Assembly (NCBI GenBank): GCA_009103225.1
Contig: RHPI01003041.1
Span: 267,439 to 331,438, forward strand
Length of the DNA stretch: 64,000 nt
From: Chlorokybus atmophyticus
Lineage: Eukaryota; Plantae; Mesostigma and Chlorokybus algae
Direction of reading: 5' to 3'
Under the pieces are notes generated by a model, which had not been told where the DNA came from, searched no databases, and saw only the letters and a program-made list of their open reading frames with translations. A program made the position numbers and the translations under genes. Numbering within the stretch: position 1 is the first letter of the stretch; each line of letters opens with the position of its first letter. Shown here piece after piece: positions 27,501-37,818 of the stretch.

Positions 27501-29534
27501 ACAAGAGAACACATTTGGTTACGCGTGCGTGTTCACACAAACTTGTATACACATAGTTCACTTACTGCGATGTTTCGCTGTAGGTTCGGTTATCATGCCC
27601 GTCAGCCTCGCGCAGCTTGCAGCCCCCGAGCGATTCTACCGCGACCTCGGTTGCAAGACCGCCGTCGGCATGCCGTTCAAGGACATCGGCACAGTCGACA
27701 GCATATTGATGCGGGAGCTTCCCGCCATTGACGACGCTGAAGCAGTAAGCACGTACACTTGTGATTGTTGTGTGTTTGTGCGTCCGCATGTCCGCGCGCG
27801 CGTGTATGAGTGATAGTCTGCATGTGTGTAGTGGTTGAGACCCGCAAACTGATAATGTTGGCTTGTGCAGAGGAAAACCATCTCAAGGTTGCAGACGATG
27901 CCGTCCGGCATGGGCGTGCTGGCGCCTTTAAACGAGTTGTTGGCGAAGCCTTTCCCCGGCGCCATTGCTGTTGTTACGCTGGAGCAAGCGCGCAGCAAGT
28001 CGCACCAGCAGCTCCCAGCTGGCACGCGCATCGCGGTCACACTGCAGGTGCGGACTCTTCATATTTACACATTCACGTTCAGTATGTCAACACTTTTCTT
28101 CTCACATGCTTGGTATGGCAAGATTACTGTGACTCGCACGTGTATGTTTCATTGCTGGGTTGTATACACACGCGCATGTGCGTCTGCATTTGCTGTGGCA
28201 GTTACGCGCATGTACATGCGTGGGTGCCTGTGTGCGTGTGCGTGCATACAGGCACCCACGCATGCACACAATCATGCAATTGTTTCTGGTCGAGGTTGTA
28301 TGGTTGGTGTGCATGTTTGTCTTAACGCTTGTTGTTCTACAGGGAGATGAGGATGAGGAATTGTTCTCTGAGCTTGATGCTGTGGATCCCATTCTGATCC
28401 TGGTGGAGACCGGTCCGGGCATCAGCCGCGTGCATGCCAGCCGGCGGATATTCCAGATCCTTGGCACCCGTGGCGTCACCGCCCCCGTGCTCCACCACAT
28501 GAACTTTGCTGCTGGCACCATTGGCGATGAGCTTGTCATCACAGCGGTATGCCACAACAACAACTTGTGCGTGCGTGTGAAGGCGCGTGCGTGTGCATGC
28601 TAGTCTGCGCGTGTGCATACGTGCACGCGTATGCCTGTGCGGTTATGCGCGAATGTGAGTGGGCATGAATGTGTGTGCATAGGTGTGCAGTCTTGTTATG
28701 CTCACATCCAAGCATGCATACAAAGCATCATTGTTTGTTGTAGGGTTCTGAGGCGGGAGCGTTGCTGGTCGACGGTCTCGGGGACGGTGTCCTGCTGGAG
28801 GCTGAGGGCTCTTCATTGGAGTACCTCAGGAATACTGCCTTTGGCATGTTGCAAGGATGCAGGATGAGGAACACGAAGACGGAGTTTGTGTCATGCCCCT
28901 CTTGCGGACGCACGCTCTTCGACCTGCAGGTAACAACTTTTATACATTTAGCACAACACCTCACCCGCTCGATGAGTGGTTTTATTCTTGACTTAGAGTG
29001 CATGCGGTTAGCAATACGAGTGGTCAGTGGGTTTGTCAGCTCAAGCTGACTGAGCTGCTTCTGCTGTTGTTGTTGGGTTCATAACTCCACTCATGTCCTC
29101 AGCTCCATTATTGTCATGTCGTGCTTACCTCAGCTCCATTGTTGTCATGTTATGCTTACCCGATGTCAATGACAACAGGAAGTGACTGCCTCCATTCGAG
29201 ATAAGACCGGTCATCTTCCCGGCGTGGCCATTGCCATCATGGGCTGCATTGTCAATGGCCCCGGTGAGATGGCGGATGCTGACTTTGGTTATGTTGGCGG
29301 CAACCCCGGCAAGATCGACCTTTACGTCGGCAAATCGGTGAGTTGAAATAAGTGGTTGTGGAGGTTGAGTGCTTGTTAATGTCCATAGTGTGTAAAGTTT
29401 TCACGAGTTGCGATCTGTTGCAGGTGGTCAAGCGTGGTATTGACATGGACAAGGCTACTGATGCGTTGATTGATCTCATCAAGGAACACGGCCGATGGGT
29501 TGAGCCCGAAATTGAGGAGCCTATTGCGGCATAG
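24560..29534 (+). CDS. HDS: (E)-4-hydroxy-3-methylbut-2-enyl diphosphate synthase (IspG/HDS), long plant type; many exons
   Basis: Motifs [75 protein letters not shown] and [11 protein letters not shown], plus a transit peptide and the central insertion domain. Confidence 0.97.
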
Positions 29535-31189
29535 AGATATTAGTAGTTGCTTGCTGACATCACGTATATTGTAATTTTGCTCATTATAGAACAATGCCTT
29601 TGATGCAATTGTTTGATGTTGCATGGTGTGTACAAAAGACGCATGCTGCATCACGTGCATGCAAAGCAAACTCCAACTCAGTACACTGCATGCATGGATT
29701 TACATATAACACCACCGGGCTACATGTTAGCCTATCTACTCACTAAGCACGACACTAACTACCACTACCCCATTAGACATCATGCAGTGCATGCATGGCA
29801 ATGTACAGTCTTTACCTGCACATGCGTGCAGGTAAAGACTGTGTTACCCTTAATACTGTCACTGGGAATGACGTCAAGCGTTGCAGCACTTGTCATGCTG
29901 ATTGAGTGCATAAAGCACAGCACAGTGCATGTTGCCGTCGCTGCAAGTGACCAAAAAGTTGACGTTAATACTATTTGCCATTCGTGAGCCCAATGAGGAG
30001 AGTTCTCGCATGAACTAGAGGTGGACTGCGCACAGCCACGTCCCAATAGAGTTCAGTGTCCACAGTGTTGAGACTATGTGTCACGCTGTGATATTTGTGG
30101 TGAGGCCTTGCCTAGCACGATGCGCCGAGTTGAAGTCCCTGGCGCTTGTCATTCGTACCAACCGTTACAGGCAGTCCACTCTCACTCTATTGTGAAGTGA
30201 CATCCTTGGCAGAAGTTTGTTAATGTGAAGCATTACATGCTGGGAGGTTGTAACAGCCTATCACGCAAGGGGTGAGGTTGTTGCCGTGCCAGCCGCACCA
30301 TTACATGATTAGGTTGGGTGCAATCCTTGCATTGTGGTATGTAACACGCCTCTGCGCCTTTGGATTGCTGGCGTCTGTTGCGTGTTGGAACTAGAGCTAG
30401 CCTCTTATTTGGTTGGAGAGGGGGGAGCATCCTATATTGTTGAAGGCAGTAACCCCAACTTGGATGCAAAGCTCAGCTATTGGAGTCACCAACACATTTT
30501 TTACCAATAGTTTTGCAACGTTGATGTTGCGCTGCAAATGACTGGATGTAGTAGGTTGTCCTGCTGGCTGTCCACACTTTAATAGCGTACGCTTGTAGGT
30601 ACGATAATGCTGACACTGCACAGGGCTAGGAAGCTATACATCCAGTTATTGTGTTGCTATGCGCCTAAAGACACTTCCATCTTGTCTCTATGCTTGTAGG
30701 ATGCCCATTTGTATTCATTACCGCAAACCCTCAATTGGTAGCGAAAACTAGCAACCTGCAGTACCCTTCATGTGTTTGCTGCACATGGTGCAGCCTGCAA
30801 GGCTAGTGGCAAAGTATTAATTACGATTGTCGGACCAGCTTGTTACCACATGCAAGTAGAGGACGAGTACGAGGCCGGGTGTTGTGTAATGCTGATCACA
30901 TCGAGAGTAATTGACATACGGTACTACCTTATTGGCAACAGTGGTTGAACATCTCGCATGTTTGGATTTGTGGTGTTCTGCGCATGTTAACATGTTGTAT
31001 GGTGCAGCTTAGATCAATGCATGATACAAGCAATAGTAAAGCACATTACATGGGTAGACACCAACATAAGATGATACACATGTGTGCACGAGTCGTGCTC
31101 CAATTTATGTACGTGCAGAGGGACAACACTTGGTGCATCATATAATGCTGAAGACAATGCAAATAACATAGCTTTTAATGGATTGCATC

Positions 31190-31191
<2 letters not shown>

Positions 31192-31254
<63 letters not shown>
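31192..31254. repeat. (CT)n microsatellite
   Basis: Perfect CT run. Confidence 0.95.
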
Positions 31255-31260
<6 letters not shown>

Positions 31261-31533
31261 CTTGTATTAACATGCAGAGATGTACATAGCTGAAAAGCGT
31301 TGTTTATAAAATTCCCCTCATTCAATGGATTATAATCTCATGCGAAAACGTTTTGTACGTTGACACGCGAGATATGTTGCATTGCAACACCAATTGATAC
31401 AAAGCGCGTGCACATGGTACTGGTGCATTTTGTGCTTGACTAATATGTGCCTTTAAGCATATACATAATACATTAATTCCCTTGTAGCGAATTGTGCCAT
31501 GGTTGGCATATGCTTGCATTTATGCAAGCCATC

Positions 31534-31776
31534 TGTCGGGTCGAGGGGAGTCGAGGGTCACTCTGTCTCGGACAGCTGCATGGACAGCCATACTGTGCTG
31601 GACACGCTGCTGCGCCACCTGGGTGACGCGTAGCAAGAACAGAAAGATGACCTCCACCCTCATGGTGACAAGTGCTTCGTGCAGCTGAGGTGCTGCTGCT
31701 GGGTAGTACGGGCAGATGGAGTCGGTGTTTTCCCTAAGAACATGCTGTGCCGTAGCATACAGAGTCAACAAGCCAC
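31534..31776. repeat. Repeat B, terminal copy (B2)
   Basis: Matches 32369-32611 at offset 835, with 3 substitutions in 243 bp by manual alignment. Confidence 0.95.
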
Positions 31777-32366
31777 TACTATGGGTAGTGCTGTTTACAC
31801 AGTTCTTTGCGTGAGTGGGAGAGAAATTACACTGTTACGTGAGGTGAATGAGCAAGCAACACGTGGATGCTATGCCCTGACTGATGCCAACAAGCACACC
31901 GCGACCAAGTACACAAAGCTCACAGCAAGAACAAGCACAGTGCACAAGAACATGCACAGGCTCTCACACGGTGAGGGGATTCTTGGGAACCAGGACGGTG
32001 TGTTCGTAGTTCAAGTCGCTTCACAAGCTCTTAGCTTTCTCACTTACAGTGTCACCAGCTGATCCGGTGAACACTGTGCCTACTTATACAAGTCAACTCA
32101 TGACTGTCCAGAACATAAGCTAACGGTCATATCGAGGCTATTTCCACAGGAAATGCCCACTCAATATAGAACCGGACTTATAACTGAACTCACAACTGAA
32201 CAGCTACGCGCGGTGCCTATGCAGGCTATGGTCACGAGCTACTCTAGGGACATGACCTAGCTACTGGTCAGAGGCGCGCGCGGGTTGCCATGCTGGTAAG
32301 CCGGGCGAGGGTCTCGCTGTAGGCATGCCCGATGACGACTGGCATGCTTGGGCGATAGGCATGACA
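31763..32366. repeat. Repeat A, internal copy (A2)
   Basis: Matches 42043-42646 at offset 10280, with 4 substitutions in 604 bp by manual alignment. Confidence 0.95.
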
Positions 32367-32368
32367 GC

Positions 32369-32611
32369 TGTCGGGTCGAGGGGAGTCGAGGGTCACGCTG
32401 TCTCGGACAGCTGCATGGACAGCCATACTGTGCTGGACATGCTGCTGCGCCACCTGGGTGACGCGTAGCAAGAACAGAAAGATGACCTCCACCCTCATGG
32501 TGACAAGTGCTTCGTGCAGCTGGGGTGCTGCTGCTGGGTAGTACGGGCAGATGGAGTCGGTGTTTTCCCTAAGAACATGCTGTGCCGTAGCATACAGAGT
32601 CAACAAGCCAC
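32369..32611. repeat. Repeat B, internal copy (B1)
   Basis: Direct repeat of 31534-31776, separated from A2 by the dinucleotide GC. Confidence 0.95.
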
Positions 32612-32618
32612 CCCCCCT
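32611..32618 (-). other. Candidate polypurine tract (AGGGGGGG on the minus strand)
   Basis: G7 run between the integrase stop (32656) and the start of repeat B1. Confidence 0.55.
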
Positions 32619-32655
32619 GGGCTCTGGGGAAGGTTCGAGCTCCAGAGCTCAGTTA

Positions 32656-34059
32656 CTAGCGCAAGTGAGGAGGGCCGTTGGTACGGCAGTCGTCGCACCA
32701 ATATTCTTCCATAGGTATCGTGTCCAAAGGTGGCTCCAGGCAGTAGTTATGCAGGCCTTTGTTGCAGCCATCACAGAGCATCATGAGTGCGTCGTCGCCG
32801 GCGCTGCCGCAGTGTTCACAGCGTGTGCTGCGCGCAAGACGAGGGTGCTGGATACGCCCGAAGCCGGCTACGTAAGGGAGGTGACATGGCGCACAGTTCA
32901 CCATGTTGTCCTTCAACCTTTCTCCGTTTTGACCAAGGAGGTCCAGCACCACTGTGGGGTACACTTTGAGTACCTTGTAGACGGTGCGGCCTACGGAGGT
33001 GTCAAGCGTGTCTTTAGTGGCTGCCATGCGATAGGCAAAGTCTCCCGCTTGGAACCGCTGTTGGCGCTCCTTGTAAAAGCCGCTGCGTACGCGCTTGTAG
33101 CGCAGCGTGTCGCGATGCTGCGCGATGCGCAAATTGTTGAAGGCCATGGGGACGGTGCGCTCGAAAAGTGCGGCGCGCGTGGTGATGTCGTGGTGCATCC
33201 AGTCAGGGTCGTCGAGGTTGTTCACGACGCGATCCACCTCCTGTTGTGCACGGAAGGGGAGCAATGGTGGTCGCCCAAACAGCAGGTAGTACGGGCTGTA
33301 CTCCCGCAGAGCCGCCTGTTTTGACAACCGATATCCAAGGGCCACCCATGGGAGGTGTTCATCCCAAGTATCCTTCTTGTACTCCAACACGTATTTGCGG
33401 AGTGCCTTCTTGATGGTCTGTACCGTCCGCTCGGCGAGGCCGTCGGCTTGAGGGTGATCACGCGAGGTACGGCGGTGGTCGATGTAACATTTGTCCAAGA
33501 GGGTGTCGAATTCCCCTCTGAACTCAGTACCTTGGTCGGTGATGACTTCGGCGCAGCTGCCAAAGCGGCTGAGAACGTGAGAGAGGAAGGCTTGAGACAC
33601 CCCCTTGCTGCTCTTGTCGGGTAATGGCACCAGCTCCACCCATTTGGAGAAGTGCTCAATCATGACCAGGATGTAACGGTTGCCACGTGCTGAGGGTGCC
33701 AAGTCCCCCAAGATGTCGAGTCCCCATCGGTAAAAGAGACCGGAGATGGGGAGTGGGTGCAAGGTGGCGCTACGCGTGTTGAGGCTGGCACGCACCATGT
33801 CACACTGCTGGCAGTGGCTGACGAACCTTTGCACCTGTTTTGTTAATCCATACCACCAATATTGTGCTCTCACTAGACTGACTGTGCGCTTGACACCAAA
33901 GTGTCCAAGCTCAGTGTGGAGGGAAGTGATGATGTCCTCGCGCGTGACTGGTGTCGGCACTTCCTTGTCTTCGTCGTGGAAGCGGCGATACAGCTTGTCA
34001 CCTGCCCATCGATAGTGACGGGTGCGTTGGTTGACCCGGTCCTTCTCTCGAGCGCTCAT
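32656..34059 (-). pseudogene. Integrase (H2C2 zinc finger + rve DDE core) with C-terminal PHD finger (32686-32820)
   Basis: HTELGH...CQQC; RWGLDILG, ITDQGTEF, DGLAERTV; CEHC...LCDGCNKGLHNYCLEPPLDTIP...WCDDC. In frame with the RT ORF across one TAA. Confidence 0.93.
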
Positions 34060-34080
34060 GCCAGAGGGGAGATGGCCACG

Positions 34081-36519
34081 TTAAAGAAAGGAGAGTGATG
34101 GCTTGTCGTGCCATATGTCCTGCCTGGTGTCAGTGGACGCCAGCTCTGTGTCATCGACGTCAATGTCGGCTGCGTGGGCGTCTCCCAAGGGTGTGATTGC
34201 CGCAGGGTCGGTAGACTCAAGGGCAGGAATCTCCTCTACCACTGCTGAGGTTGTGGTGTTGGTCTTGCGCCCTGAGCGCAACGCGGCAGCAGCAAACATG
34301 GCTGCCATGGTGGGAGCTATTGCTGCAGGGATGAGCTCATGCCGCGCTCCAGTTGCGTCGTTGGTGCTGAGGTGAGGGTTGCGACTGAGGCCATCGGCGT
34401 CTTGGTTGGTGAGGCCAGCGCGGTGGTCAATCTCGAAGTCGTATTCCTGCAACAGCAGGGCCCATCGAGCAAGTTTCCCTGTCAGATGTTGGTTGGTCAT
34501 CAGCCACTTGAGGGGCTGATGACCAACCAACATTTGATGATCGGTGATCAGTTGGAACTGTCGACCAAAGAGGAAAGGTCGGAAGAAGGAGATGGCCCAC
34601 ACTGCAGCGAGGCACTCCCCTTCGTAGCTGCTGTAGTTGGCCTCGGCGCTGTTGTTGCTTCGGCTGGCGTATGACACCACCCGCTCCTTCTTGTTCTCAT
34701 CGTGCTGCACCAGCACCGCTCCCATCCCCAGCTTGCTCCAGTCGGTGTGAAGGATGAAAGGCTTGGCGTAGTCCGGACGTTGAAGGATGGGAGCGCTGGT
34801 GAGTCTGCTCTTCAGCTCCTCGAAGGCCTGCTGTTGCGGCTCCTTCCACGCGAACTCCACCTCCTTCTTCAGTAGCTCGTTGAGGGGCCTTGCGATCTTC
34901 GCGAAGTCCTTCACGAATCGGCGATAATAGTTGGCAAGTCCCAAGAAAGCGCGCAGGCGTGTGAGGTCTGTCGGGGCAGGGATAGCTGCCAGAGCCTCTA
35001 CTTTTGCCTGCTGCACATACACACCATGGGGCACAATCATGTGCCCTAAGTACGGCACCTTGTGGGTGAAGAAGGTACACTTGTCGGGGTGTACGGTCAT
35101 CCCCACTCCCTTGAGTCGTTCCAGCACCGCTTCGATGTGCTGAAGATGCTCCTCGTTGCTGCGGCTGAAGATGAGGATGTCATCGATGTAGCACCGCGCG
35201 CAGTCCAACCCCTTCAAGGCTTTGTCCATGACGCGTTGAAACTTGGCGGGGGCATTCTTCAGCCCGAACGGCATTACCTTCCATTGGTACAACTGTCGGT
35301 TGCCCCAGAAGGAGGTCTTGTGCTTGTCCTCGTCCTTGATGGCGATCTGGTTGTACCCCTGACGCATGTCCAGGATGCTGAAGACTGTGCAGTCTCCCAC
35401 ATCATCAAAAATACCCTCTGCTGTGGGCATGGGGTACCGGTCTTGCTTGGTCTTGTTGTTGAGGGGACGATAGTCGCCACACATGCGTCGCTCTGTCCAG
35501 TTGCCTGCTGAATCCTTCTTCAGGGGCATGACGGTTGCTGTTGCGAAGTCCGACGTGGACTCTTCGATAAGGCCTGCATCCAGCAGCGCCTTACATTTCT
35601 GTTCCACCAAGTCTTCTTCCAACTTGGAGAGCCTGTATTGTCGCCGGAACACCGGCTCAGTGTCCACTAGCTCGATGTCCATCTGGTACACCGAACATGT
35701 ACCCAATTCCTTCACATTGAAGCTGAATTGGCTCCTCCATTTATTGAGGAGAGCCTCCAGCTTCTCTCGAGTGTCTTCCGTGGCCAACGGGCCAATGGCA
35801 TGGTCCCAGGAGGTCGCATTGGCAACCACAGGAATGTCCTCCACTGTTACTGCCGCTTGCTCCTCCATGTGAACCACCTCGAGAGCTGTGTGAGCTGCCT
35901 TGGTGTTGACGCGATCAGCCCACCCCCCAGCCAAGTGTTCGAGATCCTCGAAGGACACGTGGCGGTCCTGCGACGCGAAGCTCAGCTCCAGCAGCCATAC
36001 CATGCTGTTCTGGTCCATGGCGCGACCAAGCAGCTGGCATTGCTGATTGTTCGTCAGCGATGAACCTGTGATGCTGTTGGGGAAGAAGCCCATGGCGCGT
36101 TCACGTTCGCGTGCGTTGGGTTCTTCCAACGTGTTGGTGGTTGCATCAAATACCATCCCGTCACCACCGTTCCGAAATGCGTAGGAGCCCGGGTAGGATA
36201 CCAATGTGGGGAGTGCGCGACGGGGCTGACCAGGCTGATTGCACTGGTAGAAGTGGTTGTGGTCATGATGCAGGACAGGTTGTGCTGTGCGGCCGGGGTC
36301 AAGGATGTCGTCGACCAGCAGATTGCGCGGCCGAGCGCTGCGCGTGTATTCGGCGGTCATGAGCTCTTCCACGGTGGTCAAGTTTGTCCATTTGGCACGT
36401 ACACGATGTGCGCGCGAGCCATGTCGTGCCGCGTTCACCTTGAGTGGGTGCCCCAGAATGGAGCAAACTTGTCGGTAGCTGGAGGCCACGTGCGGACGCT
36501 TGTCGTCCTCTGAATGCAC
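34081..36519 (-). pseudogene. C-terminal half of the MTase, then gypsy reverse transcriptase and RNase H
   Basis: RMCGDYRPLN, MPFGLKNAP, YIDDILIFS, YLGH, LRAFLGLANYYRRFV, FILHTDWS and NYSSYEGECLA. Confidence 0.95.
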
Positions 36520-36930
36520 ATTTTCGATGACGTACCCCAGGGGTCTGGAGATCTAGTGGTGTTGAAGGAGGTGGATGATCCTCATCAGCTCCCAGAACAA
36601 CCTGGAGCGAGGGTTTTCGAGGCCTTGTCCCTTGCCTGCCTTGGAGTGCCCTTGGCATTCCCATCCAGCTATTAACAGGTCGACGTTGCCGAGGGACAGT
36701 AGGTGATCTTCAGTGATCAGCCGGACGTCCTGTGGCAATGCTTTGAGGCTGCCTTGCAACGCCGAGAGGGGTAGTTGACGTGGATACCTGGTGTGCAGTT
36801 GGCGTAAGTGGTGCTTGAGGACCGTTTGCGCGTGTGGGTCTGGGTCGCAGTAATAGTATTTGGTAACCTTCACGCCCGTGTTGAGGACCGCAGCAAGACC
36901 ACTGCCAATGCCTCCAAACAGCTCCAACAC
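36000..36930 (-). pseudogene. Cytosine-5 DNA methyltransferase domain inside Pol
   Basis: Motif I VLELFGGIG, IV IAGWECQGHS, VI VIENV, VIII AHRVRAKWTNL and X LLGRAM. One in-frame TAG at 36553-36555. Boundaries are approximate. Confidence 0.88.
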
Positions 36931-37818
36931 TGTGATGCCCTGTTGTCTGCGAAAGGTGTGGAATTCCACCACTCCGGTGGCCACCATATGGTGGTCCTGC
37001 ACCTTGACGTGGCTTCGGTAGTTGGGGAAGCGCGTGGTGATTAGTGGGTGGCTGAGCAAGATGTGTGCGTCCACCTGTGCGCGCCAGCGCCGTTCAGCTG
37101 GGTCTTGTAATGCTACTTCCACGGTGGCATCCTCCTGCTCCTCGTTGTACGGGATGGGAGAGGGGTCGCCGGTTTGACACGGGGTTGTGGCACCAGCAGC
37201 GACTTGCGTCCGAGCACCGTCGTATATGGCCATTACAGCCTTCCGGGTGCGGGCGTGTCTGCGTGTGGCCATGGCAGCCATTTTGCGTTGGGCGCGCGTG
37301 CGCGAGACCAACTCGAGAGGCAGGAAACCCTGTACCTCTCCGTCATCCTCATCCCAATGTGGCCGAAACCACGCTCGTTCTGTCCAGTAGTCGAGGCCCA
37401 TGCCCACAGGGAAGTTGAAGTCCTGCCCAAGCAGAAAGTCGAAGGAGCCGGCATTGGTGACCACGCATTGCTGGACGATCTCGGTCGTGTGGGTTGGGTC
37501 TAGCCCTGTCAACCGAATGCAAAAGGCCTCCCTGGTGACTCTCATTACCTTATCCCGGCTACCTGTGGCAGTGTCCAACACGTACGGGCAAGGCACCAAG
37601 TCGGAACTGGTTATGCTTAGGGACCGCGCGAGGAAGCGCCCGATGATGACAGGCTGTGCTCCGGTGTCCAACATTACCCGCTTGGGCGCCAGACCGTTGA
37701 TGGTAACGTGCTTGCCTTGGTTGGCCACCATGGCAGCGTTGGCGTCGATACGCAACCTCTTCATACGAGGTGTCTGTTCCTCTGACTCAGTTGTCTCAGC
37801 TGGAGATGCTGAGCGCAT
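36553..37818 (-). pseudogene. Aspartic protease plus N-terminal half of the MTase
   Basis: RVMLDTGAQPVIIG and FDFLLGQDF. Same frame as the RT and IN ORFs. Confidence 0.88.

Noticed and set aside
7-30000. Many 60-200 aa ORFs rich in C/V/A/R/H/T (e.g. MCVCV..., HTHTH...)
   Set aside because: They are translations of intronic (TG/CA/TGCG)n tracts or antisense shadows of real exons.
31534-32611. B-A-B block as an independent TRIM or nested insertion with B as its LTR
   Set aside because: The flanks of that block (CATC versus GAGT or CCCC) show no target duplication. The CATC duplication brackets the whole 11.1-kb unit instead.
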